From assembly GCA_023515725.1 (NCBI GenBank), contig JALDTO010000288.1, positions 62,001-126,000 of the forward strand: a stretch of 64,000 nucleotides of DNA, read 5' to 3'. Below, piece by piece: positions 50,927 to 64,000 of this stretch; positions within the stretch are counted from its first letter, which is position 1, and every line of letters begins with the position of its first letter. A program made the position numbers and the translations under genes. Origin of the DNA: Amoeboaphelidium protococcarum X5 (taxonomy: Eukaryota > Fungi > Aphelidiomycota). Below the pieces are notes generated by a model, which worked only from the letters and a program-made list of their open reading frames with translations, ran no database searches and was not told where the DNA came from.

Positions 50927-52483
50927 ATGAAGTTTTTGAAGCATTTAAGTTTGGCTGCGTTTGCCTACGTGGCTTTGAATGTTCGCGCTGATGCCGATGA
51001 GTCTGCCGAGGATGATCACGTCGTCGTGCTGACTAAGGACAATTACTAGTCTCATATTGACAATGAGAAGCTGACTCTGGTGGAGTACTATGCTCCTTGG
51101 TGTGGCCATTGTAAAGCACTGGCTCCTGAGTACATTGATGCTGCCAAGCAGTTACTGGGAGAGGTGAAGCTGGCCAAGGTTGACTGTACCACGGAGAATG
51201 ACATTTGTGCCGCTGCCGGTGTCTAAGGTTATCCAACTTTGAAGGTCTTCCGCTCTGGTAAGCCATCAGAGTACACTAAGGCACGTTAGGCTACTGAAAT
51301 TGTGGCATACTTGAAGAAGCAATTGCTGCCTGCTGTTAGCGATGTCACCGCTGACAATTTTGAACAGTTGAAGACTGACAACAAGGTCCTGGTGGTGGGT
51401 TACTTTGCAAAGAAGAGCGGCGATGAGTACAAGGCTTTCGAAGAGGTGGCCGGCAAGCTGCGTGATGACTTTGTCTTTGGTGTCGTGGTTGACAAGGCAC
51501 TTGCGAAGGAGCACGAAGTCTCAAAGACTCCAGGCCTGGTGCTGTACAAGAGCTTCGATGAAGGCAAGGTGGTGTTCGATGGCAAAGATTTGGATGTTGA
51601 GAAGATTGAAAAGTTTGTTGCCGTCAACTCTGTGCCTTTAGTGGCTGATATTGGTCCTGAGAACTACATGAAGTATGTCGAATCTGGACTCCCGCTGGCT
51701 TATGCTTTCATCAATGAGGATGACGGACACCGCAAGGATTTGTCTCCGATTGTGACTGATCTGGCTAAGAAGTATCGCGGCAAGGTGAACTTTGTCTTCA
51801 TTGACGCAAAGCAGTTTGGTGGTCATGCAAGCAACTTGAACTTGAAGGAGTAATGGCCAGCATTTGCTATTCAGGAGCCTGAGGAGAACACCAAGTATCC
51901 ATTTGATTAGGAGAAAGATCTCACTGCTGACAATCTGAACAAGTTTGTCGATGATTTCGTCGCCGGCAATCTGAAGCCAAGCATCAAATCTGCTCCTATC
52001 CCAGAGAGCAATGATGAACCTGTTAAAGTTGTTGTGGCTGATCAGTTTAAGGAGATTGTGATGGACACTGAGAAGGATGTCCTGATTGAGTTCTATGCGC
52101 CTTGGTGCGGGCATTGTAAGAGATTGGCTCCAATTTATGAAGAGTTGGCCGAATAGCTTTCATCTATCCCATCTATTGTCATTGCCAAGATGGACTCTAT
52201 CGACAATGATCTGCCTTAAGGTGTCGGATTTCAGATTGAAGGCTTTCCAACTATCAAATTGTTCAAGGCTAAGACCAATAAAGTGGTTGACTTTAACGGT
52301 GATCGCTCCTTGGAAGGCTTTTTGAAATTCTTGTAGGACAATGCTGAGATTAAGTTTGAAGTGCCTGAGCCAAAGAAGAAGGAGGAGAAGAAAGATGAAG
52401 ATGAGGAAGATGATGATCATGAAATTAAGGATGGTCTCAAGGATGACGACGATGAGGATGCAGACATTCACGATGAATTGTGA
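50927..52483 (+). CDS. PDI1: Protein disulfide isomerase
   Basis: Signal peptide, two APWCGHCK sites, GYPTLK/GFPTIK, C-terminal HDEL*. Confidence 0.97.
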
Positions 52484-52713
52484 TTTCACATGGCATGAAA
52501 ATAATGATAGTATCTTCACTACAGATTCTCTTTTTAGTTTCTTTTTAGTACGTTTTTAAGTCTTGTATTAAGAGTAGGTGCGGTATGGCATTAGTGTAAA
52601 GCGGGTCCATCACTCTGTTAGTGACTTGCTGTAAGAGAGAACTGAAAATAATCAAATGCAACTATTCAAACCAATTTGAATTGGCAAATACATAGAACAA
52701 TATTTTGATAAAA

Positions 52714-53490
52714 TCAATCTTCCATCTCATCTCTGTCGCTATCAGCAGAGGATTGTTATGCCAATTGGACAGCTTCATCTATTAACTGCTGTGGAACACG
52801 CTAAAACTTCATCTTGCTCTCTTCGCACACCCAAGCGACCTCAAGTTCATAATCTCTGTCCTTACTCTCGTCATGGGCCAAGTTGATAATTCTGGCAGCA
52901 TGCTTCACTGCTTCACGCACAGTCAGCTACTAGAAATCCAACTTCTCCAGCTCAGTCTTCACAATAGCTCTTCCTTTGCCCGCAGCGCACCCATTGTATC
53001 CCCAGTACAGACCGGAAGGTTCAACCATGTACAACTGAGGACCGTCATACTGATCCATTGAGGCAACTATAACAGAAGCTGCGAATGGACGGACACTACT
53101 ATACAGAGTGTACGCCTGAACGTACATACCAATACGCTCTGCAATAATGTTGGCTCTGATGCCGGAGCGATAAATGTCGCGGTAGCTCTTGCACTCCTCC
53201 TTAGCACGCCCAATAACATGACGACCATCAGCGAGAATACCACTCGATGCACAACCAACATGCGAATCCGCTGCCTAGATTCTACCATTCTACACAGCCT
53301 TTGACACAGGAGTCAGTAGCTTGGAGTGCTTCAAGTTCTCCAGTGCCACAACAACACCATCCTTGCAGCGAATGCCCAGACTAGTACCGCTATTGTCCAC
53401 AGCCTTGGTAGCATACTCAACCTGGAATATTCTTCCATCCGGGGAATATGTTGACGCTGATAAATCGTACCCAGTTCCAATTGATGACAT
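52714..53490 (-). CDS. PRE10: 20S proteasome subunit alpha-7 (PSMA3/Pre10)
   Basis: [59 protein letters not shown]. Confidence 0.95.
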
Positions 53491-54093
53491 TCTTATAACT
53501 TGATGTTTTGATAAATTGTTTCTCCAAAGAAGTTGAAAAGTTCAAGTTGAGTTCGCGGAACAGAGAGAACGTTCACTTCAGTCGTCTCATCTTTGGAAAG
53601 GGAAAGCGTCGCAGGGAGAGACACGCTGCAGTACAACGAGGCTCATCTATTCATAACTAATCGAGATCTAGAAAGACTTTAAATTTTACTATTTAATAAT
53701 TACGGCCATATAAATATATTAATTTACCTGTATATTATCTCCACGCAAGCTTAAGAATAAAAATAAGTTGGCGATACAGTCTCAGATTGAGATTTAACCA
53801 CATACAAGTCCCAGTAAATGAAATCTATCACTATACAATAGGAGGCAAAACATTAGTGTCGCGCCCAAATTACTACCAAAGCCGCTTCTTCTGCTTCACC
53901 GAGCAGTATTCTCCTTTGTCGTTTCAGTTCGTCTCAGTCTGTTTCAATTAAACTGCCAACTAATCTCCCGCGTCATCACAGTTGATGCTCCGTTGTTGCT
54001 CTGTTGCTTAGAGGAAAAGGAAATCCCAAAATGGAATTCTTTTTTGTTTGAAACAACGGCGCATCACACAGCCCTCGTGGTACAATTGAAATA

Positions 54094-56430
54094 ATGTTCA
54101 AACTACTGCCTTAGTAGTCGTTGAGTAGAAGCAATTCTTAGATGGGATACAATACTTTGAAGCATGGTAATACACTAAGGAAGTAGGATAACATTTCCAA
54201 GTCTATGAAACATGCAGAGATTGTTGCTAATTGTGTGAATAAGCTGGCTGCCAATGTTAAGATTGATAAATTCAGAGATGAACTTGAGACTATGGTGAAC
54301 AATGAGTACATGCTTTTGGTTTAGTCTTTGCATGAGGTACAGGATGGTATTACCGAGTAGTCTGTGAAAGATGGTCTGGATGAGTATCTCTTGGAATTTG
54401 AGCCTCGTATCAAGATGCATCTGGAGGCTTTCATCAACTACAGTCATGGAGATGAGTAGGCCATGATGCCCGATGTGTTCAGCTCTCTCGCCCTGAAGGT
54501 TGTTAGCTCTATCACAGAGCTGAAGAGATTCTTGATTGAGGAAGTGCGTGGCAAATTAGCTGCTGGCAGTCTGTCAGATCTAGCTTAGAGTGGTTCTAAT
54601 CGATTCAGCATACTGAGTAGTGATAGCAACGGTGGTATAGGTAGCTCTGTCAGTGTTGGAATTCCTGAGGGAAGCAATAGTCGTTTAGACTCTGCTCAGT
54701 CTTCATCGGCTGATTCTGTAGTTGATAGTTATATGGATCTGACCGCAGTCTTGGCATCAAAGAACAATCCTCAAGATAAGCCAATGAAGGATCTATCAGA
54801 CACCAGATCTATCATGACCAGAGCAGGTAATGCAGATGGTGTGTTAGAAGCCAAGTTGACTAGAGAGCCAACGCCGCAGATTAAAGCTCCACCTCCTACA
54901 TCATCGTAAGAGTAGCGACCAGTTAATTATGTGCTGTAAAAGTCTGCCTAGATATTTTTACTGGATGGAAATTAAACGAAAAAGGTGTTATTGGATGCGT
55001 AGTTGGAGTTGTCTCTTACCAAGCTGTAGATGCTATTTGTGGAGCAATTTGGTTATAAGAAGTTGGATGAAGGCTCATATTTGAGCATCTACCTCTATGA
55101 TAAGAAGTACCAGATTTGGTATGAATTAACTGAGGATATGTTGGCGAATGAACCGAATGTTTTGTCTGATGGCGCCATGTTGAGATTGAATTCCGATAGC
55201 TCGGCCATGAGTGAAGTTAAAAAGGCTCTTGATCACTCTCTGAATGCTTTCGGGTAAGAACTCAAAGAGGTGATGTCTGCAGTTAAGGATTTTAAAGTCA
55301 CCTTTGAATCTCATTAATAGCAGCAATAATAGGTCCATGCTGCTCAAATTGCTGCGGCTTAAATTTAAAATTAATAATAGCAGCAATAGTAGTAGTAAAA
55401 GTAATAGCCATAGAAGAGACTTAGTGTGCCACAAGTCATACCACCATCAAGCACACAGTAATAACCTGCTAACAATGATGTCTCTTAAAGAAGTAGTACT
55501 TCTAATGGCAGTTAGGCCAAAGTTGATGGGGATCGCCAGGTTGGAGCTAGAGTCGTGTCTAATCTACAAAGTAGACTTTCTCAATTGAAGTCTATCAAGG
55601 CTGAAGTTTTTATTTAGAAGCAGACATTCAAAGAGTAGTATACATAAGTTTAATAGGATTTTGTAAAGTTGCAAGGTGTCATGATGTCTGTAAATAAAAC
55701 AATATTGACTGATAATGTGATTGATCATCAGACAAAGAGAAGTATGATTGAATAAGGTAAAGTTGTGCTTGAGAAGGAAGTTGATCAGTTGAACGATGAT
55801 CTAAATGATTTGTACGATGAAGTGGAGGAGATGCGCAAAGACATCCTCAATAGATAGAGAATTCCGTCAAAGGTTACTCTGGAAACATTCCACACCACTT
55901 TATCCAAGTTGAATGGGGAGATGAAGAGAATCTTTTAGTACTTGAGTAATGTGAAGCCAGTTTGGAAGTCCACTTGGGAAGATGAACTGAAACAGGTTGT
56001 GAATGAGCAAGGTTTTTTAAAGAAGGTTGAAGAGAAGGCGCTGCGAATAGAAGAAGATTTATCCGCTATTGAACCAGTGCTGCAACATGCTCAGAAAATT
56101 GTGGAATTGAAAGAGACTTCTGACGTGACCTCATCTAAGCGATTTGTCATGCCTGATGTGGACGATATGCACAGTGGTATCATGTCTGTGATGATTGAAC
56201 TCTCCGCCGTAGAAATTGACTCTGTCAAGAGATTAAAAGCCATAGAGTTGAATGAGAAGATGAGAAAGAAAGAGCTGACTGCAAAGTAATCAGAGGATCC
56301 GAGTGAGGCATTTAAGCGCGAGCTGGATGGATTCGTTGGGGAGAGAAAGTTGAAGAAGACTGGTGGAATTGAACTACTTGAACTTGAGCGCTAAAAGAGA
56401 GAAGCTGCGGCGTTGAGAGGATAGTTATGA
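54094..56430 (+). CDS. BUD6: Actin-interacting protein 3 / Bud6-like
   Basis: LFVEQF..IY..WYEL, VEEMRKDI, KPVWKSTWEDEL..V.NEQ.FL, RLKAIE, FKRELDGFVG..KLKKTGG. Confidence 0.85.
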
Positions 56431-56692
56431 TGTGTTTGCGTGTGTAAGTTATATTTTGAGAAGGTGAATGATGTAATTTACATCTACTTTTTACGAGGAT
56501 GTCTTCTAGTTTAATACCGATTTTGATATTACTAAACTTATGTGACAAAACGAGAACAAGTATCTGAGCATTTTCACGTACATTATGGTTAGGAAATTAT
56601 ACGTCTTTATCCATTCATCGTAATACGAGTTCATTCGCGGCGATATTGTGCATCAGTTTCTGAACAAAGTTGATATCGTAGTTTAAATATAA

Positions 56693-57358
56693 TCAATTCT
56701 ATTTCTTAACCGATGGCTAAATCTGGGCTAGCCATTAAAAGTCATTCACACGAGAAGGTTCTGTGAATTTAGTGCCTTTCAGAGAGCCATCACTGGATAA
56801 TGTTTACTTGATCTATTTCAAAATGTCAGGTCCAAAGTTTGGCTTAGACAGGCTGAATTAACTCTTGCGCTTCTTATCAGCATTCAACACTACTTTGACT
56901 GGATGATCAGATTATAGAGACAATTTAATTTGCTTTATCTTTACGTTTAAATCATTTGCTCCAATAGATTTACTAATCTTGACCTCTTTCCACTTTCTAA
57001 CCTTGTTCGCCACGGTGATGGTCGCTGATACGGAGCGAGGTGACACGTCGGCAAATTCTTAATCTTTAGTCTGTACTCTATAAACTGACACAATTTTACC
57101 ATCCATATTATGATTGTCAGACACTTTAATGAGACTGGCAGCAGGTCCATATTACCCAGACTAGACAGCCTTTTATAAAATGGCGAGATCACAAAGCCCA
57201 TTGTTTTTACCACTCGCATCAATGAACAAAACGCGTCCATCATGGACTTCTAGTGGCTTACTTGAATACGTTCTGAATTGATGTGTGAATTTCGAATGTG
57301 TAAACAAAGATTATCGCGACAAATATAGTCTCATAAAGATACGTTTATTCAACATCAT
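56693..57358 (-). CDS. Mitochondrial IF-3-like, copy 2
   Basis: Same 666-nt length as copy 1, substitutions only. Confidence 0.7.
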
Positions 57359-57455
57359 GCTCTAATATAGTGGGATAACTCAAGCCCCGTCGCAACGATA
57401 CAATAAAGAGAAGCAAGTTAGATCTCCGCAGCGAGAAACTGATCAGCGGAACGTT

Positions 57456-58113
57456 TCAATCTTCAAAAAGCCATTTGTTCTTCTCGCTCTGTTTCGCAGC
57501 TTTCTTCTCTTTGAAACGTTTCATTTACCGTTTACTTGGCTTCTTCACTTTCCCATCTTTGGTTAACTTTACAGATGCTGATTATTATTATTATTGTTAT
57601 GAGTTGGATATGGCGCGTACGCTATTCAATCCATCACTCGTCTGTTAATGTATTTCACTGTTTCGTTATGAGATCCACTCGTCATAGTTGAAGAACGCGT
57701 TCATTTACTTCATGGCGCCTTGGTTTTGACTGACGTCTCTTGCCACTTTATTGTTGTAATGATTGTTAAATGTCTGATACCGTCACTTGGGAATTGATTT
57801 ACTATGCAGGCAATGATGCAGCACTAAGATCAGACTTGAATTTATTAGTGTGTGCACTAAACGATGCAGTAACAACATAGTCTTAATATTGTTGAATTTA
57901 GCTCTTACCAGCATTTTGTAGAGACTCTGAAGGTTCATGGTGATTTATTTTAGATGATTCAGTATCCTTCTCTACAGCGCTTGGATTATCCCATGTTGTC
58001 TCGTTGGTCTCTTTATTCCAGAAATAATAATCCCCCTCATTATTGTCCCATACAGCAGTCCATCCCGGAGGTAGAGTGCCTTGGTATTAGTGATCTTATG
58101 GTGTCTTGGACAT
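57456..58113 (-). pseudogene. WW-domain protein, copy 2, frameshifted
   Basis: 658 nt vs 654 nt in copy 1; TGAC duplication at 57727-57734 shifts the frame and gives a premature TGA before the conserved C-terminus. Confidence 0.75.
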
Positions 58114-58416
58114 TTTAAAGCTTTTTAACGCTAAAAGGAAAAGGAGAAATTAAACAGAGACGGGATCAAAGGCATTGAACTATCAGCAAATTTAATGCGT
58201 ATTAATAATTGAAGGATACCGAATATTAACTTCTAATGCCCTAAATAAAAGCTGCTATGTAACTATAGATCGAGTGTCAGTCTAAAATCAGTTAGGAATG
58301 CTCATAGAGAAAGCAATGAGGCAATGGCCAATCCCATGTGATTTGATCTCTCACGCGATTCAAATCTTGTCTTCACTGCAATAAAGTGGTGTCTATATAT
58401 TGTATCTTGGACTAAA

Positions 58417-60099
58417 ATGGACGAGCAACAGTAATACGAATATAGTGAACACTTTGAAAAGAATTTCAAGCCTTTATAGCGGGATTATAGTGGGAGTTAT
58501 GATGGGAAATCGTATTACAGCCACAACTTTTACTCTCCTCGATCCATTTCAAACAATGATTTGAGGAGGAATTAGCATGAGTAAATACAAAATTAAGGTC
58601 AGCGATAAGTAAATGCGTCGTCATAAAATATTTATAAAGAAGTCCTCACCTCTGTTAATAGCCTGGTGGTGCCATTCAGGAAATTTATCTGTAAAGGATC
58701 TGTATGGGAGGTGATCAACAATCAGTTAGTCAAAGAGAGGTCGTTATTTTTGTTCAATGATATCCTAATCGTGGCCAAGAAATTAAGCGCTGGCAGTGAA
58801 GATAGTCGCGTCACTAGCAGTCAGGTTGATGATACTAATCTATACGAGATTCGCGCTATCTTGGATTTATTCAGTTTTGATATACGGCTAGATAGAAATT
58901 CTGATCCTGCAGATAGATTTAAAAACTCTGCTACTATGCGGAAAGCCCTGGAGAAATTTGATCGACATCCTCAAGACGGGCTGAGCTATTTGATCGAGAA
59001 GCAACTCATATATCCAGATGCTGTAGCAGTCGCAGAGTTTCTCTTTGGCACTCCTTAATTGAATAAGTGTGGTATTGGTAGATTCCTAAGCTCTGATGAT
59101 AATGCTGAGATTTTTGAGCAGTACATGAATTGTTTCGACTTTAATGGTCTCCGGTTAGATCAAGCTCTGCGATTGTATTTTGCCAGTTTTCGTCCACCAG
59201 GCGATGCTCATGCTATGGATATACTATTGGAAGGATTCTCGCGTAAATATCATGGCGACAATAGCGGTGTACTGTCTTCTCCACAACTCACTTTGAATCT
59301 GGTGTTTGGACTTTTGGTCATTAATTCTGAGATGCACAATAGCGGTGATGGCAGTCACGTAAGTGGACGGTATAAGATATCAGTGGCGGATTTTATCGCC
59401 AAGTTTCGCTTGCATGACGTGGAGCAAGAGCTGAGCAATGAAGTTCTTGTTTAGATGTATCAAAGCATAGCACGAGATAAATTGTCTGTTGCTGTCCCGA
59501 TGGAACATGATACTGAGGAATTGGAGGAGATCACCGTGTCATAGATTCCCTTTCGCCTATACATTATGGATAAGACCACTATGTGCACTGTCACCATTCC
59601 CAGACGCGATCCCAACTTGGTCATTCATGTCTTCTGTCATAAAGGCTTACGCTCGTTCCCCACAGTGCTGGACTTTAATGAGAGTAACACTGCTACATTT
59701 AGATTATCTGGACTTAGTGCCGGTAGAAAGTACATCACTTTGCTCAAGTTGGGTTCATCCGCTCACAAGTACTCAGCATCCCGTCTACCTCAGAACAAGA
59801 TGGTCATAGTTGAGCCTCCATTCAAGAAGCATGTATTTTAGATGAAATGCAATGAACGCGATCAACGAACCGGTAGAAAAGTGTCATATATGTTCTCCGT
59901 GGCAAATGAGGATTAGCGTGATATGTGGGCAGCATAAATTAAAAATGCTCTCTGTGCACTGTAAGAAGAGCGAATCATAGAAGATGGCGTGGAGTTGTAG
60001 AGTATTGAAGGTCACAATATTCTCAGTTGTTTCGCTGTTCAGTAAGCCAAAATTGTACCATCCTCTAATCAGGTGCCTTTAAATAACGACAAAAGGTGA
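58417..60099 (+). CDS. Sec7/PH ARF-GEF, copy 2
   Basis: ATG58417 to TGA60097, same length as copy 1, near-identical. Confidence 0.85.
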
Positions 60100-60153
60100 A
60101 GATTAATAGTGAATCCACATTAAGATTGATGATTGTATATTGCTTTTGTTTAT

Positions 60154-62256
60154 TCATTCTAATATTTCTGCAATCAGGCCTTCAAAATTGTGCATGCTTA
60201 CACGCCTTATAGCCAAATAGAGATAGTACTTTAACAGTTGAACTCTAAACTCTGGCATAAGTTCTTCAGTTACAAGATGGAATCCAAGTCTTCGTGACAG
60301 TTTGAGACAACGCAGATAAGCAACCACAGCTTTAATCTTTCCAGTGTCATCATTACCATCTCTAATCAACGCCTTTAAAAAAGAGCTAATTAAGGGAGAC
60401 CGTGACCGCATTCTATCGGTTTCTTCGTATATTCGAAGTCCATCTTATCGATAATGCAAGATAGTGATTAACTGATAATCCATTCTGGATCGGTCTTCCA
60501 ATGAGAGATCAAACGCAAATCTTGCACTGTTGAGCACTTTGAAGAACTTTTCCAATAGAATTTTACTATCCTGCTACACTCTATTTACATCCTTTACTTG
60601 ACTCGACTTTGGATCTTTGACTAAATGGATAGAATCAACTTATAAATCAATCTTCATATTCAACATATATGACAGTTGAGATTCATCCAAAGCAGCCAGA
60701 TTTAAAACTTTGTTCAGAAACTAATCAGATTTCAAATCAGATATAGTCTGAGTAAAAGAGTTCCATTACTATCCCGAATGATCAGATTTGAGCAAAGAAG
60801 CATGGCACCAGATACGATCGAGAATAGAGTTGGTATACACAGACGGATCATCATCTGCCACTTGTTTAATTTGGCAGTTTATTGGCTCAATCTGACTCCT
60901 ACTTACAAGCATAGAATTTAATGGCTTTCTATGATATCTGCTAGAACGTGAATTTATATATAATGCATCTCTGTTGGAAGATATCAAAACTTAAGGCAAA
61001 TAGCTCTATGCAAAAGTCTGTGAATCAACGCGCTAAATGAGATTCAAGATGCCCTGCAATCTATTCTAGCTCCTCACTTTGGAAGCAGTCGTGGACTTGG
61101 TAGAAGTGGACTCTTACTCAGCTTTACCACTAAAGAGACGCGCCACCCAACTACAATACATCACCTAACGATCTGGTACAGTGGGTGAAGAGGCAGATTT
61201 CTCCCATGGCATAAACGAATACTTTTATTTCTCCCTGGATACAACTCCTAATCTCCATAACAATTCAACCTTGGATCTTCTACCATAGCGCATATCTGGA
61301 TCAAACCGTTAAGACGCGCCTGCTCTAAAGACAACTTAAGGTTCATCAAGCGGTTCAGTTATGAATTTAGAATCCAGCAATTGGCGATTATCTAATACTC
61401 TCTGCATGGGAACGATTAAATAGTCCACATACCTTGGAGCATCTTGCATACACTAACCAAGTTCAGTCCACGCTTATCTAGTAAAATAAGAATTTCCATC
61501 AAGCGGCAGAATCCAACCATTATGAGCCTGCCGACGATTTAATACTAGCCTGGTGTTACCGTCTTCAATACACCAGTTACGCGCACCATTATTGTTCATC
61601 AAGTACTGGTTCTTTCGGGATCGAACATAATCTTCCAAAAGCTGCCTTCCCTTATTGCCCATACTTCTATAAGATTATGTATATTGGAAATCATCTTCAA
61701 GCTATGAATACTGAAATTGACCATGCTTCTTATATTCATTGATCTGGAACGGTAGTCTAACCAACTAAGGGACATGAAGCGTTACATTCCCACGCGATTG
61801 CTTTTAAATTCGCAATCTCACCTCAGCAATGTGAGTCTCTAATATTATAATCAGCTGTTTTTCAATATTTTGATCAACTATACGATTAAGTACAAACACC
61901 TTCTATGTATGAGGGAACAACTCTTCATGTTTCAACATAAATTACAAATTCTTGATCGACTGATTAACATCGTGGCGCGGCGGTAGATCATTTCCAATAA
62001 TTCTGTACAGAATGTGTTAAGGAGCAGTCGGATATTATTATTATCGCTGCTTGATTATTAAGCTTTCTTGTGACGACGAGGACGATGACGACGATGTCGA
62101 CGACGTGTAAAAGACTTCCGACAATGACGAAGATCGTTCAGCTTGAGACAGAACAAAGTGACAAATGAAACACCAGAATAGCAGAGAGCATAACAAGAAC
62201 ACTGCCACAAATTACTTGAGAAGCCTTGAAGAAGATGATGATGATGAAGTTTTCAT
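60154..62256 (-). CDS. Type II membrane glycosyltransferase-like protein, copy 2
   Basis: Start and stop in frame, 6 nt longer than copy 1, same motifs. Confidence 0.7.
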
Positions 62257-62832
62257 ACTATTTTTCGCCAGCTTACCAACTCTCAAATGATTAGACTTTA
62301 CAACCTTGTCATAATTTTAAATCGATCGCTAGTACTCGGCGATTGTATTGCACTCACTCCCTCCTGACTACTTCCGCCACTTTCCTGAATCACTAAAATA
62401 ATCCACCGTCATTCTAATATGTACTCAATGCGCAGAATAATAATCTAAATAATGAGACTACGCTGCCTACTAAAAATTGAGACAAAGTGTGTCAATAGTA
62501 ATCAATTGAAGCATTATTGCATCAAATCGATCAAACTTGTTGTATTGAGGCTTCAAACTTTCCCCCGGACCGATCCAAACTGTCGTTGTTTGATCAACTT
62601 GTTCCCAAACGGGCGATTGTTTTTATTTGTTTCAGCCATGAATTTTACCATTTTGAGTTATACACTAGATGATTTCACTCTATATTTAACACAAAAGCTA
62701 CTGCATACATTATTATAAGCACTATCGAACTCTGGTCAAACTCAAGCGACGTGGAACTGTTTAAATTGGCGACTCTGTGGAATCTTTTGGATAAAATAGC
62801 GTTCAATGCAATAATATGTAATTTATTCATTA

Positions 62833-64000
62833 TCAAATCATGTTCTTCAAGTAAGACCTCAAATCCTACAATAGCCAACGGTGCTACCAAAGCTATAAGC
62901 AGTGTTCAACTATAGTATGTATAATGACACTGTGTTATGCAAATTCTTCCTTCCAATTTATTTCACCAGCATCCAAAACGCAGTACGATTTGAATTATTA
63001 CACCGTAGTTCTTCTATCCAGTACAAAATCCCAATTAAAATTTTGAGATGTCCATTACAATATCATAACACCCATCAGCCATAAGTCATAATTTTGAGAA
63101 ACATGAGATTCCGGAGCGCTATCACGCGCGTGCTGAGGTTTAAGGGATGTAATCGTAAAACGACCGGCTAGATCGTAATCAATCAGTACAATCTTATCAT
63201 CATCATCATGTGCCCAACATATATTCGCAGCGCGTATATCGCAATGACATTTACTGTGCTTTTCACCCAGGTAAGACAGTATATCAACCAACTACAATAA
63301 AACGCTTCTCAATTGCATTATTCCATTAGGAGGACGAGAGTGGAGATTACCGCCTTCATACAATGGCATAGACAGTATCGACCCATTGGCGTCCCAACTG
63401 TCACACAAAACGCGATCTGTAAGAAGCCTAAAAGGCAGAATATAATTATTCCCAGACCAAAGGCTATACAACTTATACACACGCTTATTTTCATAATCAA
63501 TGTAGATGGGGTTGTAGAATGACGGACGCGCTGTTAATTCAGATGCCTTCAATTTCCAAAACGCTTCCCATACCGCACCAGGAGGGATCCAACAATGTCG
63601 AGCATGTGGTTATAAAATATCAGCAGAATGCTCAACCAGTCTTTGCTAGACTTAAAGCGCCCACAAAACCCATGAAGACAACATCGTAGCCATATCACGA
63701 CCACTTTAACGCTTTGAGCACTTAAGTTAAATCTTACCATCGCAAAATAAAAAATTCAAATCAATGCAAACCATGAACAATGATTTATGAGACAGAAGTG
63801 GAACATAAAAGTACCATTTATCACCAAATATGTCCGACACGACATCCGCAGGTAGCATAGGATAGACTCGCTGTATAAAGCTAATACCATACACAGCAGC
63901 CTAAAGCGCGTGAGGCACAACATTGTAAATACTCGGACCTGAGAGTAGAAAATCTCTTTTGACTTCACAAACTGCACCGATAATATCCTCATGTCCAATC
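62833..64000 (-). CDS. PD-(D/E)XK nuclease + kinase-like fusion, copy 2 (intact within window, 5' end outside)
   Basis: Checked open from 64000 to TGA62833; VCEVK..QAAVY, HCDIRAANI, VLIDYD. Confidence 0.75.

Larger units (their letters stand above)
56690..64000 (-). repeat. Inverted segmental duplication, right arm (runs off window end)
   Basis: Reverse complement of about 15835-23083; similarity stops just after the IF3 stop codon. Confidence 0.97.

Noticed and set aside
52560-52700. Possible structured ncRNA/snoRNA between PDI1 and PRE10
   Set aside because: No convincing box motifs or stems by eye; would need an Infernal/Rfam search
233-56430. Mass pseudogenisation suggested by the fragmented ORF track
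   Set aside because: Breaks are TAA/TAG only, fall on Gln positions, and frames continue to a TGA in essential genes
15835-64000. Duplicated arms as terminal inverted repeats of a giant transposon or endogenous virus
   Set aside because: Arms and core consist of ordinary cellular genes; no intact transposase, integrase, polymerase or capsid gene seen
1-64000. tRNA, rRNA or CRISPR arrays
   Set aside because: None recognised; no regularly spaced repeats or cloverleaf signatures seen by eye

Overview
Gene-dense, intron-poor eukaryotic (fungus-related, holomycotan) nuclear DNA that uses a non-standard genetic code: TAA and TAG are read as glutamine and TGA is the only stop (NCBI table 6). This is why the supplied standard-code ORF track is fragmented. 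Re-read by hand with table 6, the window holds about 38 mostly intact genes. The code plus the gene content (Lys2, Tup1, Bud6/Aip3, Pby1-like TTL, Crinkler effectors, Chibby) best fits an aphelid such as Amoeboaphelidium protococcarum (inference). The main structural feature is an inverted segmental duplication of at least 7.2 kb (about 15835-23083 vs 56690-64000+) carrying five genes and flanking a unique core of about 33.6 kb. Each arm has one gene broken by a 4-bp ACTG/TGAC tandem duplication, and divergence between the arms is very uneven. Other points of note: a Lys2 lacking the N-terminal activating domain next to a LYC1-like acetyltransferase, an intact Crinkler NTPase-nuclease effector, a nuclease-kinase effector-like pair, a SWIM-finger relic at the duplication breakpoint, and a probably inactive pepsin-fold membrane protein. 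All coordinates and translations were derived by hand; no database searches were run.
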